This document shows positions 30,255-39,894 of a DNA stretch of 64,000 nucleotides, piece by piece. The stretch lies in assembly GCA_963732625.1 (NCBI GenBank), contig CAVTAM010000002.1, forward strand, positions 31,807-95,806. Direction: 5' to 3'. The stretch is from an uncultured beta proteobacterium. Its GTDB lineage: Bacteria; Pseudomonadota; Gammaproteobacteria; Burkholderiales; Burkholderiaceae_C. A model generated the notes under the pieces. The model saw only the letters and a program-made list of their open reading frames with translations, was not told where the DNA came from and ran no database searches. The first letter of the stretch is position 1, and every line of letters starts with the position of its first letter. The position numbers and the translations under genes were made by a program.

Positions 30255-31259
30255 TCAGCGCTTGGCAGCGCGGTACTTCTTCAGCTCGCCGTAGAACGAC
30301 TGTACGAACTCGCTGCCGATCGCTTCGGCGTTCTTGTCCACGACCGGTTGCACCGCGACGCGGATCTTGTCGAGCTCGGCGGCCGGCATCTCGGTGACCG
30401 ACATGCCCTTGGCCTTCAGCTCGCCCACCACCTCGCCGGCCTGCTTCAACTCGGCCTGGCGTTGGAAGGCGCGTGTCTCCTCGGCCGCTTTCTGCACCGC
30501 CTGCTGCTGCTCGGGCGCGAGGCTGCCCCACCACTTCTTCGACGCCACCAGCGCCACCGGGGTGTAGACGTGGTTGGTGATCGTCAGGTACTTCTGCACC
30601 TCGTACATCTTGTTGGCGTGCATGTCGACCACCGGATGCTCGTAGCCGTCCAACGCCTTGGTCTCGAGGGCGGGATAGACCTCGGTGAAGGCCATCGGCA
30701 CCGCGTTCATGCCCATCGCGTTGAAGCTGGCCAGCGCCATCGGGCTTTGCATCACGCGCACTTTCAAGCCCTTCATGTCGGCCATCGTGCCCAGCGGCCG
30801 CTTGCTGTTGCTCATGTTGCGGAAGGCGCCGCCCGACCAGACGAGGCCTTGCAGGCTCATGTCGGCCAGGCCTTCGAGCATCTTGCGGCCGACGGCGCCG
30901 TCGAGCACATAGGCGGCCTCGGCGTCGCTGGCGAAGACGAAGGGCACGTCGAAGATCTGCAGCTCCTTCTTGCGCGCCGAGATCGGCGAGAGCGCGCCCA
31001 TGTACAGATCCTGCGTGCCGCTCTGCGTGGCGATCAGCATCTTGTCTTCCGAGCCGAGCTGCGCGCTGCCGAAGACCTCGATCACGACCTTGCCGGCGGT
31101 GGCCTTTTCGACCGCCGCGGCGAACTGCTTCATCGCTGCCGCGCGAGGGTGCGTGTCGGCAAACGAGTGGCCGAGCTTGGCGCGTTTGGCATCCTGCGCC
31201 AGGGCGCTGCCCAGCATGAACACGGTCACGGCCGCAACGGCCAAAAATCGAACGCTCAT
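30255..31259 (-). CDS. dctP: TRAP substrate-binding protein DctP (system 2, downstream copy)
   Basis: GGAGA Shine-Dalgarno then the ATG at 31259. MSVRFLAVAAVTVFMLGSALAQDAKRAKLGHSF... to KKYRAAKR. It is the last segment of the 1324-aa composite ORF 30255..34229. Confidence 0.85.
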   Translation of the reverse strand: MSVRFLAVAAVTVFMLGSALAQDAKRAKLGHSFADTHPRAAAMKQFAAAVEKATAGKVVIEVFGSAQLGSEDKMLIATQSGTQDLYMGALSPISARKKELQIFDVPFVFASDAEAAYVLDGAVGRKMLEGLADMSLQGLVWSGGAFRNMSNSKRPLGTMADMKGLKVRVMQSPMALASFNAMGMNAVPMAFTEVYPALETKALDGYEHPVVDMHANKMYEVQKYLTITNHVYTPVALVASKKWWGSLAPEQQQAVQKAAEETRAFQRQAELKQAGEVVGELKAKGMSVTEMPAAELDKIRVAVQPVVDKNAEAIGSEFVQSFYGELKKYRAAKR

Positions 31260-31276
31260 CGAAGTCTCCTGTAGGT

Positions 31277-32558
31277 TCAACGGGTCATCCACTGCAGCGG
31301 CCACATCACGATCTGCGGGAACAGCACGAGCAGCGAACATGACGATGGCCTGCGCCACCATGAACGGCAGCACGCCCTTGATGGCGCCGCTCATCGGAAT
31401 CTTGGCGACGCCGCAGACGACGTTGAGCACCGTGCCCACCGGCGGCGTGACCAGGCCGATGGCGTTGTTCATGATGAACAGCACGCCGAAATACACCGGG
31501 TCGATGCCGGCTTGCTTCAGCACCGGCATCAGCACCGGCGTCATGATCAGCACCGTCGGCGTGAAGTCCAGGGCGGTGCCGACGAGCAGCACCATGATCA
31601 TCAGCGCGAACACGAGCAGCTTCGGGCTGTCCATCAGCGGCTGCACCAGCTCGGCCAGTTGCTGCGGGATGCTGGCGGTGGTGATCAGCCAGGCCGAGAC
31701 GCCGGCGGCCGAGACCAGGAACATGATCACCGCGGTGGTCTCGGCTGCGCGGTAGAAGAGGTGGAAGAGTTGCGACGGCTTGATCTCGCGATAGACGACG
31801 AGGCCGACGAGCAGCGAGTACACCGCGGCGATCACCGCCGCTTCGGTCGGCGTGAAGATGCCGAACTTCAGCCCGCCGATGATGACGATGGGCAGCACCA
31901 GCGCCCACAGCGCCTCGCGCGTGGCCTTGATTCGCTCGGGCATCGTGCGTTTCGCCTCGACCTTGACGTTCTCGCGCCCGATCGACCAGCGCCACGCCAT
32001 CATGATCGCCACGCCCATCAGGATGCCGGGCACGATGCCGGCGATGAACAGCTTGGTGATCGAGACGCCGCCGGTGACGCCGTAGAGGATCATCGCGATC
32101 GACGGCGGGATCACCGGCGCGATGATGCCGCCGCAGGCGATCAGGCCGCACGAGCGGTTGATGTTGTAGCCGGCGTTGCGCATCATCGGCACCAGCACGG
32201 CGGCCAGCGCGGCGGTGTCGGCCACGGCCGAGCCCGACAGCGAGGCCATGATCACGGCCGCCAACACCGCCACGTAGCCGAGGCCGCCGCGGATGTGGCC
32301 GATCCACGACATCGCCATCAGGATGATGCGCCGCGTCATGCCGCCGGCGTTCATGAACTCGCCCGCCAGCATGAAGAACGGCACCGCCAGCAGCGGAAAG
32401 CTGTTCGCGCCGTCCCACATGTTCTGGATCACGATCTGCGGATCGGTGACGCCCATGTAGAGCATCATCGACAGGCCGCAGGCGATCAGCGCGAAGGCCA
32501 CCGGCATGCCGAGTGCCATGAAGCCGAGCAGCGAGGCAATGAAGATGAAGATGATCAT
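31277..32558 (-). CDS. dctM: TRAP large permease DctM (system 2). One frame change near 31331-31337.
   Basis: MIIFIFIASLLGFMALGMPVAF...VLPFMVAQAIVMF. After a 1-nt correction the tail reads LLVLFPQIVMWPLQWMTR-stop (TGA at 31277), parallel to the system-1 tail LLIAFPAIVMVPLKFLTG. Confidence 0.85.
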
Positions 32559-33137
32559 GGCTTGGCGCTTGCCGTTGAGCGGATGCGCCGCCATTTCCTT
32601 CTCGGCTTCGAGCGCGTCGGCCATGCCTTCTTCATGCACGTCGATCAGCTCGTCGTCGCCGACTTTGCCGGCGAACAAGCGCAGCAGGTTCGACGCGCAG
32701 ATGAGGCCGATCGCCGTGCCGGTGATGTAGCTCACGCCGAACACCCAGAGCATGCTGAGCTGCGCCACCGGCGAGGCGTTGCCCTTGATGATGTCGTGCT
32801 GCAGGTACGTGCCATAGACGATGTAGAAGCAGCAGACCAGCATCACCGCCTGGCTGATGCCCCAGCAGATGCGGCGGCCGAGTGCGGGCAGCAACTGCAC
32901 GACGATATCGACGCCGAGGTGCGCGCGCCGGCGCATGCCGACCACCGCGCCGAGAAACGTCATCCAGACGAAGGCGAAGCGCGGGATCTCTTCGGACAGG
33001 TCGATGCCGGTGTTGAAGAACAGGCGCAGGATGACGTTGCCGAACACCATCACCAGCATCACTGCCAGGCACAGCACCATCACCGCTTCGAGCACGCGCG
33101 TCAGCGCGTCGGCGATGGCCTTCAAGGGGGTGCCCAT
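32555..33137 (-). CDS. dctQ: TRAP small permease DctQ (system 2); 3' end inferred
   Basis: MGTPLKAIADALTRVLEAVMVLCLAVMLVMVFGNVILR...EEIPRFAFVWMTFLGA. As given it reads straight into dctM. A TGA overlapping the dctM ATG (ATGA at 32555-32558) exists in the +1 frame, as in system 1. Confidence 0.7.
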
Positions 33138-33157
33138 GCCTGTCTTGCGCTGCGGTC

Positions 33158-34160
33158 TTACTTCGCTGCGCGCGCTGCTGTCGATCTCGGCCTGGAAGCC
33201 CTTCACAAAGTCTTCGCCGATCTGCGGCGCGAACTTGGTCATCACCGGCTTGACCTTGTCCTGGATCTTCGTCAGCTCGGCCGGCGGGATCGCATCGACC
33301 GTCACGCCCGCGGCCTTGAACTTGGCGATGACGTCGGCGTTGCCGTCGTCGAGCAGCTTGCGTTGCAGCGCGCCGGCTTCGGTGGCGGCCTTCTGCACGC
33401 CGGCCTTGTCGTCGGCCGACAGCGCGTCCCAGAACTTCTTCGAAGCCACCAGCGCGACCGGCGTGTAGACGTGATTCGTCAGCGAGATGTGCTTCTGCAC
33501 TTCCTGCATCTTGTTCGAGTACATGTGCAGCAGCGGGTTCTCCTGGCCGTCGAGCGCCTTGATCTCGAGCGCGGGGAAGACTTCGGCAAAAGCCATCGGC
33601 GTGGCGTTGGCGCCGAGCGTCTTCCAGGTGTCCAGGGCCACCGGATTGGTCATCACTCGCACCTTCAGGCCGCTCACGTCTTCGAGCTTGGTCACGCTGC
33701 GCTTGCTGTTCGACAGGTTGCGAAAGCCCATGCCGGTCCACGTCAGGCCGACCAGGCCGCTCGGCTCGATGGCCTGGAAGATCTTCTTCGACGACGGGCC
33801 GTTCAACACCGCATAGACCTCTTTCTCGTTGGCGAAGAGGAACGGCAAGTCCCAGACCTGCACTTCCTTGACCTTGGCTGACAGCGGCGCCAGCGTGCCG
33901 ATGTAGAGCTCTTGCGTGCCGGACTGCACCGCCTGCAACTGCTTCTCGTCGCTGCCGAGCACGGCGCTGTGGAAGGCCTGCACCTTGACGTTGCCCTTGG
34001 TGTAGGTGTTCACCAGTTCGGCGAACTTGTTCATCGCCGCGGCCTGCGGATGCGTCTCCGGCATGGCGTGGCCGATCTTGGCTTTGACTTCGGCGAAGGC
34101 GGCGCCGCAGGCCAGCAACAGGGCGGCCACGAGGGCCAGGGGCTTGAAGAGGGAACGCAT
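33158..34160 (-). CDS. dctP: TRAP substrate-binding protein DctP (system 2, upstream copy); likely 1-nt deletion near 33168-33175
   Basis: GGAG then the ATG at 34160. MRSLFKPLALVAALLLACGAAFAEVKAKIGHAM.... In the adjacent frame the end reads ...AAK-TAA (33158-33160), like the other DctP C-termini. Confidence 0.8.
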
Positions 34161-34197
34161 GGTGAAAGTCTCCTGTTGAATAGGTGGCGGATCGTCT

Positions 34198-34967
34198 TCA
34201 GAGGACCGCGAGAAAGCCACCGTCGACATACACGACCTGTCCGTTGACGAAGTCGGATGCGCGCGAGGCGAGGAAGATGGCCGCGCCCACCAGCTCGTCG
34301 GGCTGGCCCCAACGCTGCGCGGGCGTGCGGTCCTTGACCCAGGCGTCGAACTTGGGATCGTTCATCAGCGCGGTGTTCATCTCGGTGGCCATGTAGCCGG
34401 GGCCGATGGCGTTGGCCTGGATGCCGTGGATCGCCCACTCGGCCGTCATCGCGCGCGTCAGCATCTTGATGCCGCCCTTGGCCGCCGTGTAGGGCGCCAC
34501 CGTGGCGCGTGCGCCTTCGCTCGTCAGCGAGGCGATGTTGATGACCTTGCCGCCGCGCTGCGCGCGATCATGCGGCGCGCGGCTTCGCGGCCGACGAGAA
34601 ACGCGCTGGTGAGGTTGACGTCGATCACGCGCTGCCAGTCGGCGAGAGCGAGCTCGACCATCGGCTTGCGGAACTGGATGCCGGCGTTGTTGACGAGGAT
34701 GTCGATCTCGACGCCCTGCGCGTCGAGCGCCGCGAACGCGCCGACCACTGCTGCTTCGTCGACCACGTTGAACGGCGCTTCGAACACGGTGTGGCCCAAC
34801 GCGCGCAGCGCCTGCGCGGATTGCCCGACGCGTTTGGCGTCGGTGCCGTTCAACACCACGCGCGCGCCGGCCGCGGCCATGCCGGCCGCGATGCCCTGGC
34901 CCAGACCTCGCGACGAGCCGGTGACGAGCGCGGTGCGGCCTTCGAGGCTGAAGAGTTGTGTGGACAT
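34198..34967 (-). CDS. Short-chain dehydrogenase/reductase (gluconate 5-dehydrogenase-like). 1-nt deletion near 34556-34562.
   Basis: GAGGAG then the ATG at 34967. MSTQLFSLEGRTALVTGSSRGLGQGIA... (frame of ORF 34524..35582) continues in ORF 34198..34500 (YTAAKGGIKMLTRAMTAEWAIHGIQANAIGPGY...). Confidence 0.8.
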
Positions 34968-34975
34968 GACGCTCC

Positions 34976-36175
34976 TCAAGCCGCGCTGCGGCGCACGATC
35001 AAGTCGCTGCGCTCGAACACGGCAGGTTGCAGATCGACGCCGAGGCCGGGCCCGTCCATCGGATAGACATAACCGCCTTCGATGCGCGGCACGGCGGTGA
35101 CGAGTTCGTTGTACCAGCCCTTGTAGAAGGCGCGCACCGATTCCTGGATCAGCGTGTTGGGCTGGCTGAAGGACATGTGGATCGCCGCCGCAAAGCCGAC
35201 CGGCCCGATGCAATCGTGCGGCGCAAATGGGCGGTGATAGGTCTCGGCCATCGAGGCGATCTTGCGGCCTTCGGTCAGGCCGCCGCTCCAGCACAGATCG
35301 ACCATCACGACATGCATCGCGTCGCGATCGAGCATGTCCTTGTACGGCCAGCGTGAGCCCAGCGTCTCGCTGGCGCAGACCCAGACGTCGGTCGAGCGCG
35401 CGTACTCGGCCAGCGCCTGCGGCGAGTTCATGCGGATCGGGTCTTCGTACCAGCGCGGCTTGTAGGGCTCCAACGCGCGCGCGATTTCCTTGGCGGCCGG
35501 CAGGTTCCACAGCGAGTGGAACTCGACCATGATCTCCATGCGGTCGCCGACGGCCTTGCGGATTTTCTCGAACGGCTCGCACGCCTTTTTCATTTGCGCT
35601 GCGGTGATGTAGAGACCCTTGGTCTCAGCGGCGTGCGGATCGAACGGCCAGATCTTCATCGCGCCGATGCCGTTGGCCAGCAGGTCTTCGGCCAGCGCGT
35701 CGGCGCGGTTCATGAAGCCGTCGAGGTCTTCGTACGGGCCTTGCGTCTGGCCGAGCGCCCAGTTCGACACCGGCTTGATGTTCTTCGAGCGCACGTAGCC
35801 GGTGCCGGCGCAGGTGTTGTAGACGCGCAGCTTGTCGTGGCACAGGCCGCCGAGCATCTGGTGCACGGGCTGGTTGCAGACCTTGCCGAACAAGTCCCAC
35901 AGCGCGATGTCGATGGCCGACGCGGCGCGGTACTCGACGCCGGTGGACGACTGCGCCATCGGCAGGTTCAGCATCTCCTTGTGCAGCGCCTCGATGTGCA
36001 GCGGGTCGCGGCCGAGCAGGCGGGCGGCGAGCGTGTCGTGGATGTGCGCTTCAACCGCGCCGGCGCCGTAGAAGGTTTCGCCGAGGCCGATGACGCCGGC
36101 GTCGGTGTGCACGCGGGCCCAGATGACGTTGGAGAACTCTTCGGTGCGAAGGGTCTCGATGGCCGTGATCTTCAT
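34976..36175 (-). CDS. Enolase-superfamily (mandelate racemase/muconate lactonizing family) sugar-acid dehydratase-like enzyme
   Basis: Lower part of ORF 34976..36277, starting at MKITAIETLRTEEFSNVIWARVHTDAGVIGLGE. Also ...AIDIALWDLFGK...MVEFHSLW...YEDP. Confidence 0.8.
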   Translation of the reverse strand: MKITAIETLRTEEFSNVIWARVHTDAGVIGLGETFYGAGAVEAHIHDTLAARLLGRDPLHIEALHKEMLNLPMAQSSTGVEYRAASAIDIALWDLFGKVCNQPVHQMLGGLCHDKLRVYNTCAGTGYVRSKNIKPVSNWALGQTQGPYEDLDGFMNRADALAEDLLANGIGAMKIWPFDPHAAETKGLYITAAQMKKACEPFEKIRKAVGDRMEIMVEFHSLWNLPAAKEIARALEPYKPRWYEDPIRMNSPQALAEYARSTDVWVCASETLGSRWPYKDMLDRDAMHVVMVDLCWSGGLTEGRKIASMAETYHRPFAPHDCIGPVGFAAAIHMSFSQPNTLIQESVRAFYKGWYNELVTAVPRIEGGYVYPMDGPGLGVDLQPAVFERSDLIVRRSAA

Positions 36176-36208
36176 GCGCTTCCGTGGAGATGAATCAGCA
36201 CAAGAATA

Positions 36209-36244
36209 TGGTGATATTTCACGATCGACATCGGTGATTCCACC
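36209..36244. promoter_or_regulatory. Candidate GntR operator pair in the divergent promoter region
   Basis: An unusually AT-rich spacer holds two short palindromes that both start GGTGAT: gtgatatttcac (36211-36222) and ggtgattccacc (36233-36244), about two helical turns apart. GntR/FadR-type operators are short GT..AC palindromes. Confidence 0.25.
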
Positions 36245-36310
36245 TATGGCGGGAGGTCGGAGGCGAGCGGCCTGCAATCGACGCTGATGAGCCGTTGACA
36301 GGCTTCTAAT

Positions 36311-37153
36311 ATGTCAGCGATTCACCTACCATGCGATGACATGCAAAGCCGACGAAGCACAGGCAAGACGATGCCCAGCAAAGCCCAGAAACGGCCGCGA
36401 TTGATCGAGGTGCCTCGGCTGGTGCCGGCGGCCAAGCCCAAAGCGGCGCCGCGCACCGCGAGCCCGCTGAACCAGTTCGAGCAGGCCTACGAGGCGATCG
36501 AGGAGCGGCTCGTGAGTTGCGAGCTGCAGCCCGGCCGCTACCTGGCATTGCAGGAGCTGCAGCAGATGGTCGGCTTCGGCCGCACGCCGGTGCACCAGGC
36601 GGTGAGCCGGCTGGCGGCCGACACGCTGATCACCGTGCATCCGCGGCGCGGCTTGCAAGTCGCGCCGATCGATCTGGCGCGGGAGCGCGTGTTGCTGCAA
36701 CTGCGTCGCGACATGGAGCGCTTCGTCATCCGTCTGGCCTGCGAACGGTCGAGTGCGATGCACCGCAACCAGATGCTGCACCTGAAGCGCCAGTTGTCCG
36801 AGGGACGCGCCGCGATCACGCTCGAATCGTTCAACAGCGTCGACCGGCGCCTCGACCGGCTGTTCCTGGCCATCGCCGGCGAGCCCTTCGTCGACAACAC
36901 GCTGCGGCCGCTGCACACGATCTTTCGCCGCATCGGCTGGCTCTACCACGCCAAGACCACCGCGCACAACGATCTGCAAGGCACCGTCGACGCGCACCTC
37001 GCTTTGCTCGACGCGGTGGCCAACCGTCAGACCGACGCGGCGATCAAAGCGTCGGACGGACTCATCGACTGGGTCGACGGCATGTTCGAAGCGCTCGAGC
37101 GCGAGATCGATCCAAGCCTGCTCGACTGCAGCCTCGGCGACCTCGCGGTTTAA
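36311..37153 (+). CDS. GntR-family transcriptional regulator (FadR/FCD-type)
   Basis: ORF 36311..37153. Winged-helix segment LALQELQQMVGFGRTPVHQAVSRLAADTLITVHPRRGLQVAPI followed by an all-helical effector domain. Alternative starts at 36341 and 36371. Confidence 0.8.
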   Translation: MSAIHLPCDDMQSRRSTGKTMPSKAQKRPRLIEVPRLVPAAKPKAAPRTASPLNQFEQAYEAIEERLVSCELQPGRYLALQELQQMVGFGRTPVHQAVSRLAADTLITVHPRRGLQVAPIDLARERVLLQLRRDMERFVIRLACERSSAMHRNQMLHLKRQLSEGRAAITLESFNSVDRRLDRLFLAIAGEPFVDNTLRPLHTIFRRIGWLYHAKTTAHNDLQGTVDAHLALLDAVANRQTDAAIKASDGLIDWVDGMFEALEREIDPSLLDCSLGDLAV

Positions 37154-38793
37154 AGCACCTCGCTCGCGAAATCCGCCAGCCGCGAACGCTCGCCGCGCGC
37201 TAACGTCAGGTGGCCGCTGTGCGGCCAGCCCTTGAATCGATCGACGGCAAACGTCAGGCCCGATGAGCCTTCCGTCAAGTACGGCGTGTCGATCTGCGCC
37301 AGGTTGCCCAGGCAGATGATCTTCGTGCCCGGCCCGGCGCGCGTGATCAGGGTCTTCATCTGCTTGGGCGTCAGGTTCTGCGCTTCGTCGATGATGACGA
37401 ACTTGTTCAGGAACGTGCGGCCGCGCATGAAGTTCAGGCTCTTGATCTTGATCTTGCTGCGCACCAGGTCGTTGGTCGCGGCGCGGCCCCAGTCACCGGC
37501 GGCCGAGTCGCTGCGCGCCAGCACTTCCAGGTTGTCGTCGAGTGCGCCCATCCACGGCCCCATCTTTTCCTCTTCGGTGCCAGGCAAAAAGCCGATGTCT
37601 TCGCCCACCGGCACGGTGACGCGGGTGACGAGGATCTCGGCATAGCGGCGGTCGTCGAGCACTTGGCTCAAGCCCGCGGCGAGCGTGAGCAGCGTCTTGC
37701 CGGTGCCGGCCGTTCCGGTCAGCGTGACGAAATCGCACTCCGGGTCCATCAGCAGGTTGAGCGCAAAGTTCTGCTCGCGGTTGCGCGCCGTCACGCCCCA
37801 GACGGCGTTCTTCTGGTGCGTGTAGTCCTTCAACGTTTTCAGCAGCGCCGTCTTGCCGGTGATCTCGGTGACGCGCGCGTACAGCGGCGCCGCGCCCGGC
37901 GTTTCGAGGTAGACGAACTGGTTGACCATCAGCACCGGCACCATCGGCCCGGCGATGCGATAGAAGGTGTGGCCGCCTTGCTGCCAGCTCTCCATCGTCT
38001 TGCCGTGGCGCTCCCAGAAGTCGGCCGGCAGCGGCAGGATGCCGGTGTAGAGCAGGTCGCCGTCTTCGAGCGTCTTGTCGTTGAAGTAGTCCTCGGCGGC
38101 CAGGCCCAACGCGCGCGCCTTGACGCGCATGTTGATGTCCTTGGACACCAGCACCACCTCGCGTTGCGGCTGCTGCTGGCGCAGGCTCATCACCACGCCG
38201 AGGATCTGGTTGTCGGCCTTGCCCTGCGGCAAGCCTTCAGGCAATTTCGCGTCGAGGAAGGTGGTCTGGAAGAACAGCTTGCCGCCGGCCTCGCGCTTGC
38301 CGGTCTTGGCCAGCGGGATGCCTTCCTTGGGGTCGGCAAAACCTTGCGCGGCCATCGCGTCGAGCTCGCGGCTGACCTGGCGCACGTTGCGCGAGACCTC
38401 GCTCATGCCCTTCTTGTGGCCGTCGAGTTCTTCGAGCGTGATCATCGGCAGATAGATGTCGTGCTCTTCGAAGCGAAACAGGCAGGTCGGGTCGTGCATC
38501 AGCACGTTGGTGTCGAGCACGAACAGTTTGGCCGGGCCGGTGCCGCGCGGCTTGCGCGGTTTGGGTTGCGGCGCCGGCAGGCGCGCCGGCGCTGCCACAA
38601 CGGCGCGCAGCGGCGCGGCGGCTTCGGTCTGGCTGCTGTCGAACAGGTCGAGCACACCGGGGCCGGCTTCGGGCTCGGTGTGGCTCGTCGTTTTGGGGTT
38701 GTCGCGGCGCGCCGGTTTGGGCGCGGCCTGGGATTCGTAGTCGGCGGGGGCGAGAAGGGCGGCTTTGCGAGCGGGGGGCTTGGGCAGTGGCAT
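37150..38793 (-). CDS. PhoH-like ATPase with N-terminal PIN domain (YlaK-type)
   Basis: ORF 37150..38793. PIN motif LFVLDTNVLMHDP...LPMITLEELD, Walker A LTGTAGTGKT, Walker B FVIIDEAQNLT. Confidence 0.85.
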   Translation of the reverse strand: MPLPKPPARKAALLAPADYESQAAPKPARRDNPKTTSHTEPEAGPGVLDLFDSSQTEAAAPLRAVVAAPARLPAPQPKPRKPRGTGPAKLFVLDTNVLMHDPTCLFRFEEHDIYLPMITLEELDGHKKGMSEVSRNVRQVSRELDAMAAQGFADPKEGIPLAKTGKREAGGKLFFQTTFLDAKLPEGLPQGKADNQILGVVMSLRQQQPQREVVLVSKDINMRVKARALGLAAEDYFNDKTLEDGDLLYTGILPLPADFWERHGKTMESWQQGGHTFYRIAGPMVPVLMVNQFVYLETPGAAPLYARVTEITGKTALLKTLKDYTHQKNAVWGVTARNREQNFALNLLMDPECDFVTLTGTAGTGKTLLTLAAGLSQVLDDRRYAEILVTRVTVPVGEDIGFLPGTEEEKMGPWMGALDDNLEVLARSDSAAGDWGRAATNDLVRSKIKIKSLNFMRGRTFLNKFVIIDEAQNLTPKQMKTLITRAGPGTKIICLGNLAQIDTPYLTEGSSGLTFAVDRFKGWPHSGHLTLARGERSRLADFASEVL

Positions 38794-38813
38794 CGGTTCT
38801 CGATATAGGAATC

Positions 38814-38848
38814 AGAAAACAAAAAGCCGCACAGCAAGCTGTGCGGCT
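38814..38848 (-). terminator. Rho-independent terminator downstream of bcp
   Basis: On the minus strand, an agccgcacagc / gctgtgcggct hairpin (38825-38848) is followed by TTTTTGTTTTCT (complement of 38814-38825). It starts 54 nt after the bcp stop. Confidence 0.55.
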
Positions 38849-38901
38849 CTTAGCGAGGTGGGGTCGGGACTCGACTCACAAAACGATTATGCGCGGATCG
38901 T

Positions 38902-39378
38902 TCAGGCGGCTTTCTTCAAAAGCTTGACGGCTTTGAGGACTTCGTCCACATGGCCAGCGACCTTGATGCCGCGCCACTCGCCGCGCAGCGTGCCGCCGGC
39001 GTCGATCAGGAAGGTGCTGCGCTCGATGCCCTTGACCTTCTTGCCGTACATGATCTTGTTCTTGACCACGCCGAACATGTGACACAACTTTTCTTCTGTG
39101 TCGGCGATCAGCTCGAAAGGCAACTCGAGGTTGGCCTTGAACTTTTCGTGCGAGGCCATGTTGTCGCGCGACACGCCGAGGATCAGCGCGCCGGCCTTGA
39201 CGAAATCCTTGTAGCGATCGCGGAATTGCATCGCTTCGGTGGTGCAGCCGGGCGTGTGGTCCTTCGGGTAGAAGTACAGCACGACCGCCTGGCCGCGGAA
39301 GGTATCGGGCCCGATCTTCAGGCCGCCTGTGGCGACGGCTTCAAACTCGGGCAGGGGTTTGTTGATGGCTGGCGTCAT
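38902..39378 (-). CDS. bcp: Thiol peroxidase / peroxiredoxin Bcp
   Basis: ORF 38902..39378. VVLYFYPKDHTPGCTTEA active-site motif. Confidence 0.9.
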   Translation of the reverse strand: MTPAINKPLPEFEAVATGGLKIGPDTFRGQAVVLYFYPKDHTPGCTTEAMQFRDRYKDFVKAGALILGVSRDNMASHEKFKANLELPFELIADTEEKLCHMFGVVKNKIMYGKKVKGIERSTFLIDAGGTLRGEWRGIKVAGHVDEVLKAVKLLKKAA

Positions 39379-39489
39379 GAGGTGCTGAAAGCTCGTGTTG
39401 CCTGCGGTTGCAAGCGCGGTGGCGAATTATAAAGGCTAGGATAGAGCGGGCCGCCGCTGTCCCACTACCTGGGGCCAAGGCCCGCCGAT

Positions 39490-39870
39490 TCAATCGGCAA
39501 GTGCCGGCAACAAGGCCGCAATCACCGATCGGCCCTCGGCAGCGAGCACGTTGTAGGTGCGGCAGGCCGCGGCGGTGTCCATCGTTTCCAGGCCGATGCG
39601 CGCATCGATCAGGCGCCGGTACAACGCAGCCGAAACGAAGCGCAGGCGCGCGCCGCTGCCGAAGATCACCAGTTCCGGCTTGAGCGCAAGCAGCGGTTCG
39701 AAATGCTCTGCCGTGAGCGCGGCGTGATTCAACGCCGACCACGCTTGCACCTCGCCCTTCCACGGCACGAGCAAGCTGCCTTCGAAACGCTGATTGTTGA
39801 CCCACACGGCGCCGCTCTCGTGGCGCGAGATGGCGTTGCTGCCGGCGAAGGTGTCGGGCTGGAACTTCAT
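39490..39870 (-). CDS. Mth938/DUF498-domain protein (NDUFAF3-like)
   Basis: ORF 39490..39885, start likely at MKFQPDTF (39870). PELVIFGSGARLRF...GLETMDTAAACRTYNVLAAEGRSV is the family signature. Confidence 0.7.
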   Translation of the reverse strand: MKFQPDTFAGSNAISRHESGAVWVNNQRFEGSLLVPWKGEVQAWSALNHAALTAEHFEPLLALKPELVIFGSGARLRFVSAALYRRLIDARIGLETMDTAAACRTYNVLAAEGRSVIAALLPALAD

Positions 39871-39894
39871 GGGGCGTGTGTTCAAATTCTAGAC

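Noticed and set aside
30255-34229. Genuine giant DctP-DctQ-DctM-DctP fusion protein (1324 aa)
   Set aside because: At each junction an adjacent frame restores a normal C-terminus and stop, with start/stop overlap or a Shine-Dalgarno-preceded ATG for the next gene. The DctM tail in the given frame is non-hydrophobic nonsense. The window is full of similar 1-nt indels.
39426-39431. TATAAT hexamer (minus strand) upstream of bcp as a -10 box
   Set aside because: It stands out in GC-rich DNA and is suitably placed about 45 nt from the ATG. However, there is no acceptable -35 element at 16-18 nt, so the evidence is insufficient to call a promoter.
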